Shown here: positions 19,694 through 29,211 of the stretch, one piece after another
Position numbering within the stretch: the first letter of the stretch is position 1
How the letters are laid out: the number at the start of each line of letters is the position of its first letter
DNA from: an uncultured Gammaproteobacteria bacterium
GTDB lineage: Bacteria > Patescibacteriota > Microgenomatia > Levybacterales > UBA12049
Assembly: GCA_964571255.1 (NCBI GenBank)
Contig: CAZNAA010000001.1
Span: 136,134 to 200,133, forward strand
Reading direction: 5' to 3'
DNA: 64,000 nucleotides
Made by a program: the position numbers and the translations under genes
Notes under the pieces: generated by a model
Seen by the model: only the letters and a program-made list of their open reading frames with translations
What the model was told of the DNA's origin: nothing
Databases searched by the model: none

Positions 19694-20848
19694 ATGAAAA
19701 AATTATTTCTTGCTGTATTACTTCTTGTTCTTCTGTTGGTTGGAATCACTGCTTTCCAATGGTATCTTCCAGTACTTACTCATCAAGGGACTGTTATTGA
19801 TCAATTTACTACGGAAAACGGGGAAAAGGTACGAATTATTTCTGAAGAATCAGTCGTTATTGATGTCTATAAGAAGGCAACTCCTTCCGTTGTTACTGTT
19901 TCAGCTAAAGCAAATGAGACTAAAGACGATTTGTCTAGTGATATTGACCCTTTTTTCTTTTTTGATATTCCAACGCCTCAAAAAGTAATTCCTTCTGAAC
20001 CACAAAATATCGGTTCGGGATTTATCGTTGATAAAAATGGATTAATTGTTACGAATAAACACGTCGTTGATGATCGGGACGTAACGTATACCGTACTAAC
20101 GAGTGATGGGAAACAATATGAAGTTGAGAAGATTTATAGAGATCCACTAAATGATATTGCTCTTGTTAAAATAAAAGTAAATGGAGCCAATCTCACTCCA
20201 GTTACTTTAGGTGACTCAGAAGCGCTCCAAGTTGGACAATTGGCTATTGCGATTGGAACTCCATTAGGTGAATTTACAAATACTATCACAACAGGGGTTA
20301 TCTCAGGAGTTGGAAGAGGAATTACTGCAGGATCGGTGTTTCAGGGATTTGTTGAAGAGTTAGATAATGTGATTCAAACAGATGCAGCGATTAATCCAGG
20401 AAATAGTGGAGGACCTCTTCTTAATTCAAAAGCCGAAGTGATTGGTGTAAATACAGCAGTCTCACAAAGTGGACAAAATATTGGCTTTGCACTGCCTATC
20501 AATACGATTAAAGAAGCTATTAATACCTTTAATAAAACGGGAAGCTTCAATAGACCATATCTTGGAGTTTCTTATAAAATTCTCTCAGCAGAACTTGCCA
20601 AGCAAAATGAACTTGTTCAAGGAGCATATGTACAAACGGTGATTGCAGGATCAGCTGCTCAAAAGGCAGGAGTGAAAGACGGAGATGTGATTACCAAAAT
20701 TGATGGACAAGCAATCCAACCAAATAGAGGAGAACTTTCAAACTATATTGCCAAAAGAAAAGTTGGAGATAGCATTACCCTTACTCTTTTTCGGGATGGA
20801 AAGACACTTGAGGTTAAAGCTATTCTTGAAGCTGCATCTGAAGAATAA
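19694..20848 (+). CDS. htrA: HtrA/DegP-family trypsin-like serine protease with PDZ domain
   Basis: His (TNKHVV), Asp (DIALVKI) and Ser (GNSGGPLLN) triad motifs, plus a C-terminal PDZ domain. Confidence 0.85.
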   Translation: MKKLFLAVLLLVLLLVGITAFQWYLPVLTHQGTVIDQFTTENGEKVRIISEESVVIDVYKKATPSVVTVSAKANETKDDLSSDIDPFFFFDIPTPQKVIPSEPQNIGSGFIVDKNGLIVTNKHVVDDRDVTYTVLTSDGKQYEVEKIYRDPLNDIALVKIKVNGANLTPVTLGDSEALQVGQLAIAIGTPLGEFTNTITTGVISGVGRGITAGSVFQGFVEELDNVIQTDAAINPGNSGGPLLNSKAEVIGVNTAVSQSGQNIGFALPINTIKEAINTFNKTGSFNRPYLGVSYKILSAELAKQNELVQGAYVQTVIAGSAAQKAGVKDGDVITKIDGQAIQPNRGELSNYIAKRKVGDSITLTLFRDGKTLEVKAILEAASEE

Positions 20849-20897
20849 GAGGATAATTCCTGCTTGTATTTATCATTCTGCTGTGTATAATTAACTA

Positions 20898-21641
20898 ATG
20901 CCTCGAGCAAAGACAACAAGTACAAAAATTACTCCTGCAAAACGAACTATTCGCAAGAAAACTCTGGTATCTGATGCAGTACTTAATGAAACAATGTCTG
21001 CATCCATTGAAGAATCTCCTGTAGTGTCTAGAAGAACTCTTCCAAAACTTCCTATTAAAAAATCCTATGTAATTGCATTCGGAGCCATTCTTCTTCTTGT
21101 AGCTGGTGGATATCTTTTGAAAGGGTGGTTTGTTGCAGCAGTTGTAAATGGAGAACCAATTAGTCGAATAAATATTATTCGACAACTGGAAAGAACTCCT
21201 CAGGCCAAAGAAATAATGACAGCTGAAGTACAAAGAAAACTGATTCATCAAGAAGCACGAAAGAGAAGAATTTATGTTACCAAAGACGAAATTGATAAAG
21301 CAGTAAAAGAGTATCAGGATAATTATGCAAAGGAAGGACGAAATTTAGATGAGCAATTGAAAGCAGCCAAATTATCGAAAGATGATTTTATTGAACTCTA
21401 TGTACGGCTTCCAAAACTTCTTGAGAAAATGGTTGAGAAAGAGGTAAAACAACCAACAGAGAAAGAGATTACTGCATTTATCGAACAAAATAAAGAATCT
21501 CTTCCTAAAGGACAATCAGATGCAGCAAATAAGAAATGGGCAAAAGATAATTTAGTCCAAACTCAAATGTATCAAAAGGTACAAGCTTTGATTGAATCAG
21601 TTCAAAAGAGTGCTAAAGTTACTTATTGGGTGAGTTATTAA
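20898..21641 (+). CDS. Membrane-anchored SurA N-terminal-domain-like protein (putative periplasmic chaperone)
   Basis: TM anchor followed by VVNGEPISRINIIRQLER...IYVTKDEIDKAVKEY, typical of SurA_N. Confidence 0.45.
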   Translation: MPRAKTTSTKITPAKRTIRKKTLVSDAVLNETMSASIEESPVVSRRTLPKLPIKKSYVIAFGAILLLVAGGYLLKGWFVAAVVNGEPISRINIIRQLERTPQAKEIMTAEVQRKLIHQEARKRRIYVTKDEIDKAVKEYQDNYAKEGRNLDEQLKAAKLSKDDFIELYVRLPKLLEKMVEKEVKQPTEKEITAFIEQNKESLPKGQSDAANKKWAKDNLVQTQMYQKVQALIESVQKSAKVTYWVSY

Positions 21642-21800
21642 TTTTTGTTGTTGACAAAAGATCGGGATTGTTTTGTAATATACATATGCCTAAGAAAAAA
21701 GTGTCCTCTAAAGGAGTGTCCACAAAATCTGCTCGACGAGTTTCCTTGGCAGACGATACCATTCTTATCATTTTAGGGGGAAGTGCTCTCCTAATGATCC

Positions 21801-23324
21801 TCACCATTGCTCTTCTAAAATAAGCTTGTCTTGACTATATTCCTCTAAATCCATTTCGTTTCCTAGTATTTTCACTTTATCTAGAGTAGTGGGAGAGCGA
21901 AAATATTGGAGAAGGATTTGATAGATATCCAAATCAAAAAAAATATCTTGACTAAACTCACGATTTTTTTCTTCTCCATTTTGTATTCGAATACTTCCTA
22001 GATACGACCATTTATCAAAGAGTAAGAATTCCTTCTCGCCAGTTGGATCCCACTCTTCACAAATAGCAATGGGACTTTTAAATGGCCACTCTTTAATCCG
22101 AGTATGAGCAAAAGCAGTAAGAAAGCGAAGATTATAAAGAATAGCATCTTCCTTTTTGATACAGGCTCCAGTACACGTTCCTAGTCGATAAGAAAAACAA
22201 CTTCCCTCTGTTTTCTCAAGGCCTAATCTTTTCTGGCAAAGAGAGTGTTTTTTTGCAAGTGTTGTGAGAAATTCTTTGGCTTGTTTTTTTGATCTAAAAA
22301 ATCCCAAGTAACTTGAAAGAGTTTTATGATCAATTTTAGAAATTGGAGAAAAAGTGACAGTGTGATAGCCATCCGTATCAACTTGTTGAATACAGGCAAT
22401 AAGTTCTTGCTTCACCCGAAGCTTTCGATTGTAGATAGGGAGAAGGGATTTAACATATTGAGATTCCAAAAATAACGCTCCTAACTCTCCAGCAGTTGGA
22501 AGTGCTTCAATATGTGCTACTTGTTGTGATATAGCAAGTTCTTTTTCCGATCTGATATCACTTGAAAAATGGGAAAGAACACGAGTATAAATATTCTTAC
22601 TTTTCCCAACATACAAGGGAGTTTGATTTTGGTCATAAAAGATATAGACTCCAGGACGTTTTGGAAGGTTTTTCACTCCTTCTTTTGAAAGAAGAGGAGG
22701 GAGAGTAGGGGATTTAAGAAGAGTAGTAATTGTTGAAACAAGTAATTCCATAGGGAGTATTTGTTGGAGTTTTTGGTAAAACTGATAGAGCATATGTGCA
22801 TCATCAAAAGCTCTATGTCTATTCTCACAAATAAGGTTGTATCGCTGAATAATGGCATCTAAGTTGTGACGAGGAAATTGAGGGAAAAGGATTCGGGAGA
22901 GTTTCACTGTACAAAAATGTTTCATAGAGAATGAGTAACCTAATCTTTCAAATTCATGGAGTAAAAAACTGTAATCAAATCGAACGTTATGAGCTACAAA
23001 GACACAATCAGAAAGAGATTCCAAAATAGTCTCTGAAACATCTTTAAATGAGGGAGCACCCTCAAGCATCGATGATTGTATCCCTGTTAATAACTCAATT
23101 TCTGGGGGGATATATCGGTCAGGATTAATGAGAGATTGGTAGGTATGAGTTATCTTATTATCTTCAACTCGGACAATACCTATTTCAATAACACGGTCCC
23201 GTTCAGCACGTCCTCCGGTTGTCTCTATATCAACGAAGGCTATTTTTGAGGGCAGCATAGTAGTAGGTAGTATAGGAATAAACAAGAGAAAAATCAAATA
23301 GAGATCCGTCTCTACTTGATTCAT
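21801..23324 (-). CDS. DnaQ-like DEDDh 3'-5' exonuclease fused to a GIY-YIG (UvrC/Cho-like) nuclease domain
   Basis: Exo I FVDIETTGG, Exo III H...D (HRAFDDAHMLYQ), and GIY-YIG GVYIFYDQNQTPLYVGKS. An SD (GAGGA) precedes the first ATG. Confidence 0.7.
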   Translation of the reverse strand: MNQVETDLYLIFLLFIPILPTTMLPSKIAFVDIETTGGRAERDRVIEIGIVRVEDNKITHTYQSLINPDRYIPPEIELLTGIQSSMLEGAPSFKDVSETILESLSDCVFVAHNVRFDYSFLLHEFERLGYSFSMKHFCTVKLSRILFPQFPRHNLDAIIQRYNLICENRHRAFDDAHMLYQFYQKLQQILPMELLVSTITTLLKSPTLPPLLSKEGVKNLPKRPGVYIFYDQNQTPLYVGKSKNIYTRVLSHFSSDIRSEKELAISQQVAHIEALPTAGELGALFLESQYVKSLLPIYNRKLRVKQELIACIQQVDTDGYHTVTFSPISKIDHKTLSSYLGFFRSKKQAKEFLTTLAKKHSLCQKRLGLEKTEGSCFSYRLGTCTGACIKKEDAILYNLRFLTAFAHTRIKEWPFKSPIAICEEWDPTGEKEFLLFDKWSYLGSIRIQNGEEKNREFSQDIFFDLDIYQILLQYFRSPTTLDKVKILGNEMDLEEYSQDKLILEEQW

Positions 23325-23350
23325 TTTTCCTCATCAGAGATACTAGATAT

Positions 23351-25039
23351 ATGGAAGGTATTTTTTCAGAAATTGCTGTAGTGATTGTAACTGCAGCTGT
23401 TCTTGCTATTACATTTCGTTTTCTCAAACAACCTGCCCTTTTGGCCTATATGCTAACTGGGATTTTACTTGGGCCTCTCAATATTTTTAACTTCGCTCAC
23501 TTTGATTCGTTAAAAACGTTAGGTCAATTAGGCATTACTTTACTTCTTTTTATGCTGGGACTGGAGTTGAAGCTGAAGGAGCTAAAAACCATTGGAAAAA
23601 CAGCAATCATTGCAGGTACAGCCCAAATGGGAATTACGTTCTTTCTAGCCTTTCTCATAAGCCAAGGGATAGGGTTTGACTTGATAACCTGTGTGTATTT
23701 AGCCATTGCCTTATCTTTCTCTAGTACCATTGCTATCGTGAAATTGCTTTCTGATAAAAAAGATCTTAATTCACTGCATGGAAAGTTAGCGATTGGTATT
23801 CTTCTTATTCAGGATTTCTTCGCGGTGATTGCCATTATTTTTCTTAATAATCCTTTGTCTGGTGGAGGAGTGATGGTTCTTTCTCAAATTTTTCTCTTAC
23901 TTCTCAAAATTATTGTGATAGGAGGATGGGTTGTTGTTATTAGTGAGTATATTTTCCCCAGAGTTCTTCCAAAAATCTCAAAGTCCTCAGAGTCTCTTTT
24001 TCTTTTTAGTTTAGGGTGGTTATTTGCTATTACTGCTTTTGTCGCATCTCCTTTTATTGGATTCTCTTTAGAGATTGGAGGATTTTTAGCAGGGTTGGCA
24101 CTAGCAAATACCCATGAGAATTACCAAATCGTTGCTCGAATGCGAGCTCTTCGAGACTTTTTTATCACGATCTTCTTTGTTTCTTTAGGATTTGAAATGA
24201 CGTTTGACAATATCGGAGTGTATCTTATTCCTATTCTTATTTTTAGTGTCTTTATTCTTTTGGTGAAACCATACCTTGTTGCTTGGATCATTGGACTGAT
24301 GGGTTTTAAGAAGAGAACATCTTTTTTCGTAGGAGTTAGCTTAGGGCAAATTTCTGAATTCAGTTTACTTCTTCTTTTTATTGGAAAAGAAAAAGGTCTC
24401 TTTTCAGAAGGATTGGTGAGTGCCATGATTCTTACCTCTATGATTACTTTTGTCTTCTCAACCTATTTGATCCAAAAAACGCACTTTCTCTATGAAGAAG
24501 GAGGAAAGTTCTTCTTTATTCCTCAGCGAAAGAGAAAAAATGGAGTCGATATCACTGTTGAGGGGGAATTTGACCATTTGAAAAACCATGTGATTCTGGT
24601 TGGAGGACATCAAATGGGACAAAGTATTATCCATGCGTTAAAAAATACTAAAGAGCAAGTTCTAGTGGTGGATTTTGATCCAGATATTGTCAAAAAACTA
24701 AAAGAAAAAGAGATCCCTGTTTTTTTTGGAGATATCGCAGACCCTGAGATTCAAGAGAGAGCTGGGTTTGATAGGGCAAAACTCGTTATCTCTACTGTGC
24801 CTGATTTAGAGGATAATTTACTTCTTCTTGAAGGCTTACAGCATGAAAACAAAAAAGCAACTATTGTTGTTGTAGCACTGGACGGGGAAGATGCAAAAAC
24901 GTTATATAAAGCAGGAGCAGATTACGTAGTCTTACCTCATCTGGTTGGAGGACATCACTTGGCAAAGATATTAGTTGATAAGAATCATTTGGAAATTATT
25001 GAGAAATTTAAGTTAAAAGATATGGAGTATCTTAGTTAG
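23351..25039 (+). CDS. CPA2 cation:proton antiporter (Kef-type) with C-terminal RCK/TrkA-N domain
   Basis: About 12 TM helices, followed by the Rossmann motif HVILVGGHQMG and an RCK fold. Confidence 0.8.
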   Translation: MEGIFSEIAVVIVTAAVLAITFRFLKQPALLAYMLTGILLGPLNIFNFAHFDSLKTLGQLGITLLLFMLGLELKLKELKTIGKTAIIAGTAQMGITFFLAFLISQGIGFDLITCVYLAIALSFSSTIAIVKLLSDKKDLNSLHGKLAIGILLIQDFFAVIAIIFLNNPLSGGGVMVLSQIFLLLLKIIVIGGWVVVISEYIFPRVLPKISKSSESLFLFSLGWLFAITAFVASPFIGFSLEIGGFLAGLALANTHENYQIVARMRALRDFFITIFFVSLGFEMTFDNIGVYLIPILIFSVFILLVKPYLVAWIIGLMGFKKRTSFFVGVSLGQISEFSLLLLFIGKEKGLFSEGLVSAMILTSMITFVFSTYLIQKTHFLYEEGGKFFFIPQRKRKNGVDITVEGEFDHLKNHVILVGGHQMGQSIIHALKNTKEQVLVVDFDPDIVKKLKEKEIPVFFGDIADPEIQERAGFDRAKLVISTVPDLEDNLLLLEGLQHENKKATIVVVALDGEDAKTLYKAGADYVVLPHLVGGHHLAKILVDKNHLEIIEKFKLKDMEYLS

Positions 25040-25940
25040 AATCGTTGCTATCACTCACGAGTGTTTCTGTATCATCAAGTTGTGAATAGTCTACTTCAGG
25101 AAGATACCCATCCATAATAACAGGGAGGTTCCCCCAGGATTTTCCCAATCTATGATCAGTTAATCGATCTTGAGGGAAGTTATAGGTTTTAATTTTCTCA
25201 GATCGTGTGCCTCTTCCTACTTGAGTAGACTTTAATGAAGCAAATTCTGCTTGTCTTTTTTCTACTTCTTGCTCCCAGAGTCGTGCTCTAAGGAGTTTTT
25301 CAGCAATCTCTCGATTTTGAATTTGAGATCGTTCTGTTTGACAGGTAACAACGAGTCCAGATGGAATGTGAACAAGACGGACTGCAGTAGATACTTTATT
25401 GACGTTTTGTCCACCATGTCCGCCTGATCTGAATGACTCGAAATGAATATCATCAGGACTAATGTGTAAATCAATGTCGTCAAGTTCAGGAAGCACAGAG
25501 ACGATTACGGTTGAAGTATGGACTCTCCCTCTCTTTTCTGTTTTTGGAACTCTCTGGACTCTGTGAACGCCAGATTCGTACTTAAACGCACCGAATGGAT
25601 AGTTTCCACTAATTCGAAGGACACTATCTTCAATCTGTTCTGCTTTGAAATTATTTAATTCACAAAATCTCTGATACATTCGAAGTAGTTCTGAAGCAAA
25701 AAGAGTAGCTTCGTCTCCTCCTGCTGCTCCTTTGACTTCAAGAAGAATATTTCGCTCATCCAGGGTATCTTCTGTTTGGGTAGGTTTTACAAAGGTATCT
25801 TGAATAGCCTGTTTTTGTTTTTCTAACTCTTCAATCTCTTGTTGAGCCAAAAGTGTTAGGGAAGGATCAGCCAGAAGCTCCGTTGCTTCTTCAATTTTTT
25901 TTTCTAGTTCTGCAATTTGGACGAGGCGATAGTCATTCAT
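25032..25940 (-). CDS. prfA: Peptide chain release factor 1
   Basis: GGQ motif (SGGHGGQNVNK) and the RF1-type tripeptide region RVQRVPKTE (PxT). Confidence 0.8.
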   Translation of the reverse strand: MNDYRLVQIAELEKKIEEATELLADPSLTLLAQQEIEELEKQKQAIQDTFVKPTQTEDTLDERNILLEVKGAAGGDEATLFASELLRMYQRFCELNNFKAEQIEDSVLRISGNYPFGAFKYESGVHRVQRVPKTEKRGRVHTSTVIVSVLPELDDIDLHISPDDIHFESFRSGGHGGQNVNKVSTAVRLVHIPSGLVVTCQTERSQIQNREIAEKLLRARLWEQEVEKRQAEFASLKSTQVGRGTRSEKIKTYNFPQDRLTDHRLGKSWGNLPVIMDGYLPEVDYSQLDDTETLVSDSNDSN

Positions 25941-25976
25941 ACAAATATATTGATATTATAACGCAAGAAAGACCAC

Positions 25977-26276
25977 TTATTTAAAGTTACTAAGGAGTTC
26001 TCGGAGGGACTTTGGACCTTCAGAAGCTTTTTTCTTTTCATCAACCTTTTTCTTAGCAGTTACTTGATATAAAGAAGCTTTTTCTTGAGCCTTTTTAAAC
26101 TTATCAATTTTTGAGTCGGTATCAACGAATCGTTGTTCACCGGTAAAGAAAGGGTGACATTTGTTACATAATTCAATCTGGATCATATCTTGGGTAGATC
26201 CAACAGTGAATTTGTTTCCACAAACACAAACTACCTGGGCTTGAGGATTATATTTTGGGTGAATACTTGCTTTCAT
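25977..26276 (-). CDS. rpmE: 50S ribosomal protein L31 (zinc-binding type A)
   Basis: MKASIHPKY...CVCGNKF...CNKCHPFFTG. The start was taken at the internal Met matching the L31 N-terminus. Confidence 0.85.
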   Translation of the reverse strand: MKASIHPKYNPQAQVVCVCGNKFTVGSTQDMIQIELCNKCHPFFTGEQRFVDTDSKIDKFKKAQEKASLYQVTAKKKVDEKKKASEGPKSLRELLSNFK

Positions 26277-26368
26277 ATGGAATATTATACTGGAAAAAGT
26301 GAGATTAGACAAGTCTAGGAACTTTTCTCTTTGACAAGAAGGTTGAGCCTAAGATAGAATCTCATTAG

Positions 26369-27070
26369 ATGTCCGCACAAGAGATTGAATTGAGAAGAAA
26401 CAAACAGCGTTTTAAAGCTGTTTCTAAGCCTGCTGGGGAGTTTGAAGTATATGACGTAGATATATTGCCTTTAAACCCAGATGGAACAGTAGATCTCATG
26501 GTACTAGAATCTAGGATAAATCTCTTAGTTAGAACTATAGCCTACCGTAAAGGAGTTGGTGATGAATCTGATGAAGTTATGCAAGAAGTACTCTTGAGAA
26601 TAGATAGGAATTATAAGAAGTATCAAGGAAAAGGACTCCTAGCGTGGGTTAATACGATTACCACAAATATCTGTTTCTCTATACTTAGAAAAAGAAGAAG
26701 ACTTAAGAACAACTTGGGGTTTCAGTATCATAATAGCCTAGATTCTCGAGATATACTTGAAATACCAGAAGTAGTAGCAATGACTAACAGAGAAGACTTA
26801 CAAGAAGAATATTTGTTAAAAGAAAGAGATAAACAGATACGGAGGGTTCTTGCTCTGCTTTCTTTAGAAGATAGAAAATTGTTGGAGCTATATTATTTAC
26901 ACGAAGGAGTAGAATTATCGTATTCCCAAATAGCTGATATGCTCTCGGTATCATATGCTACTGTAAAAAGAAGGATACAAAGAGCTAAAGTTAAAGCTAA
27001 AAAGCTTTTTATTCAACAAGGGTTTTCTTCCATAGGTGAAGTGGATGCCAGTGAACCCTCCCTTCAGTAA
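26369..27070 (+). CDS. RNA polymerase sigma factor, sigma-70 family (ECF-like)
   Basis: Region 2 (EVLLRIDRNYKKY) and region 4 HTH (LSYSQIADMLSVSYATVKRRI). Confidence 0.7.
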   Translation: MSAQEIELRRNKQRFKAVSKPAGEFEVYDVDILPLNPDGTVDLMVLESRINLLVRTIAYRKGVGDESDEVMQEVLLRIDRNYKKYQGKGLLAWVNTITTNICFSILRKRRRLKNNLGFQYHNSLDSRDILEIPEVVAMTNREDLQEEYLLKERDKQIRRVLALLSLEDRKLLELYYLHEGVELSYSQIADMLSVSYATVKRRIQRAKVKAKKLFIQQGFSSIGEVDASEPSLQ

Positions 27071-27920
27071 CATAAATCCCAAGTAATATAAGGCCTGCAC
27101 CAATGAGGTAGGTTAATGTGATTTGTTCTCCAAGAAGAGGAATAGCAATGACTGCTGTTGCAATAGGATCCATATATCCAAAAACGCCAATTTCTGATGT
27201 CTGCATGTTTTTTACTGCAAAAGCATTAAACAAATGGGCTAAAGCACTGGCCAGAACGCACCCGTAGACAAGCCCTATGGTTCCAGAAAGAGTGAAAATA
27301 CTACTAAGAGTGTGAGAGGACAGTTCATATAAAACTAAAGGAAAAAGTGGCAGTGAGCCAATTACAAATGTCCAAAAGTTAATAATAAGTGGGGAGTAGC
27401 GCGGAAGGATTCGTTTAATGACTATCAAATACCACAGTCCACATAAAGAGGCGAGCAGCAAAAAGACATTTCCTAGTAATGATCCATCAAATCCTTCCTC
27501 AAAAATCGGTTTTAACACGATAAAAAGAACTCCAAATAAGCCAATTCCTGTTCCAATCATCGCTTTTCGTGAGACTTTTTGATGGGTAAGCATTAAGTAG
27601 AGCAGAATAAAAACTGGTCCTGCTGATAGTACCAAGGGTGCATTTAAACTTGAGGTATATGAAAGACCTAAAAAGAGAAAAGAAATAGAAAAAGTGACAC
27701 CAGTAAGACTTAAAATCAAAAAATCTTTCCAGTCTTTTCTGGGGATTGCTAAATCTTTATACACAAAAGGTAAAAAAAGGTAGGCAGCAAAGAAGAAACG
27801 AAAGAAAACAAAGGTGTAGGGAGGGACATCTCCTAATGCCCATTTGTAAATAGGAAAAGAAGCTCCCCAAATGATATGAGCCAGAATAATAGCGATAATG
27901 CCTTTTTTGTGGGCAGACAT
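27009..27920 (-). CDS. EamA/DMT-family transporter
   Basis: Ten TM helices in two EamA repeats; IWGASFPIYKWAL. Confidence 0.75.
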   Translation of the reverse strand: MSAHKKGIIAIILAHIIWGASFPIYKWALGDVPPYTFVFFRFFFAAYLFLPFVYKDLAIPRKDWKDFLILSLTGVTFSISFLFLGLSYTSSLNAPLVLSAGPVFILLYLMLTHQKVSRKAMIGTGIGLFGVLFIVLKPIFEEGFDGSLLGNVFLLLASLCGLWYLIVIKRILPRYSPLIINFWTFVIGSLPLFPLVLYELSSHTLSSIFTLSGTIGLVYGCVLASALAHLFNAFAVKNMQTSEIGVFGYMDPIATAVIAIPLLGEQITLTYLIGAGLILLGIYVTEGRVHWHPLHLWKKTLVE

Positions 27921-27938
27921 ATTTTTAGTATAGAGAAT

Positions 27939-29177
27939 TTATTTGTTAGGAGAAAGCAGGGAGATTACTTCAGATAGTGGAAGTTGTTGTTGTGTTCCTG
28001 ATTGTAAGTTTTTGATAGTTACTATTTCTTTGTTTTTTTCTTCATCTCCAATAATAATGACATAGGGAATTTGCTTCTGATCAGCATACTTCATTTGCTT
28101 ATCAAGTTTTGCCGTATAGTCTTCATAGATATCTGTGTTGATTCCCTTCTCACGGAGTTCTCTAGTAATAGAAAGAGAAGAATCCAGTAGTTCAGGAGAA
28201 AAGACAGTTACTAGAACCTTGGTTGTTGTTCCCGTAAGTTCTGGCCAGAGGTTTAGCTCTTCAATTACATCACAAATACGCTCCATTCCAATGGTTGTTC
28301 CCACTGCTGGAACATCTGGTCCTCCTAAAGACTTAATTAACTTGTCATATCTTCCTCCTCCTGTGATAGAGCCAATCTTAGGCTCAGAAACAATGGTTTC
28401 AAAAATACTGCCAGTATAGTAATCAAGTCCTCGTACCATGGTTGGATCAAATTGGATATTTTTTGCCCCTAACTCTTTGGAAAGAGCCATGACTTGTTTA
28501 AGTGACTCATCTGGTTCAACCATAGAAAGTGCGGTGAAAAGGGAGTCAATTTGTGATTTTTGAATTGATTTTTCAAGGAGTTCTGCTTCCACTTCTTCTC
28601 GAGTTTTCTTATCCAGTTTATCAATAGATTGCAAAACAGTAAGAGATTTCTCCTGAGGGATACCGGATTTTTCAATAAGGCTAAAAAGAATTTGTCGAGA
28701 GTTAATTCTAATCGTAAAACCAGTGAGCTTGAGACGAGTAAGAGATTCAGAAATAACGGCAAGAATCTGTGCATCAGCAAGGGGGGAGGAGGATCCTAAA
28801 ATATCGACATCACACTGAGTAAATTGACGATATCTGCCTTTTTGGGTGTTTTCTGCTCTGTATGATGGTTGAATTTGATATCTTTTGAAAGGTTTTGGAA
28901 GATCTTGATACTGACTCATGACCCGAGCTGTTGGAACGGTGAGATCATAATTGAGTCCTACCTTTCTTCCTCCTGAATCATCAAAAATATACATAAGCTT
29001 TTCTGCTTCTTCACCGTATTTCCCAAGGAGGACATCTGCATACTCAAGTGTTGGAGTTTGGAGGGGCTCAAAGCCATAGAGCTCAAACACTTCCTTAAGA
29101 ATACTCATTACTTTATCTCGAATAAGCATTTGTTTTGGTAGAAAATCTCTAAATCCTTTTAATGTTTGTGCTGGCAT
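27939..29177 (-). CDS. hisS: Histidine--tRNA ligase
   Basis: MPAQTLKGFRDFLP N-terminus and class-II motifs. The start was chosen at the Met preceded by SD TAGGAGTGA, not the upstream in-frame ATG at 29198. Confidence 0.85.
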   Translation of the reverse strand: MPAQTLKGFRDFLPKQMLIRDKVMSILKEVFELYGFEPLQTPTLEYADVLLGKYGEEAEKLMYIFDDSGGRKVGLNYDLTVPTARVMSQYQDLPKPFKRYQIQPSYRAENTQKGRYRQFTQCDVDILGSSSPLADAQILAVISESLTRLKLTGFTIRINSRQILFSLIEKSGIPQEKSLTVLQSIDKLDKKTREEVEAELLEKSIQKSQIDSLFTALSMVEPDESLKQVMALSKELGAKNIQFDPTMVRGLDYYTGSIFETIVSEPKIGSITGGGRYDKLIKSLGGPDVPAVGTTIGMERICDVIEELNLWPELTGTTTKVLVTVFSPELLDSSLSITRELREKGINTDIYEDYTAKLDKQMKYADQKQIPYVIIIGDEEKNKEIVTIKNLQSGTQQQLPLSEVISLLSPNK

Positions 29178-29211
29178 AATCACTCCTATTATACACATCC
29201 TCTAGTGGTAA

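Noticed and set aside
21626-21823. 65-aa ORF (possible 45-aa small TM protein from MPKKK...)
   Set aside because: It overlaps the 3' end of the exonuclease gene on the opposite strand, and no clear RBS is present. Insufficient support to list as a feature.
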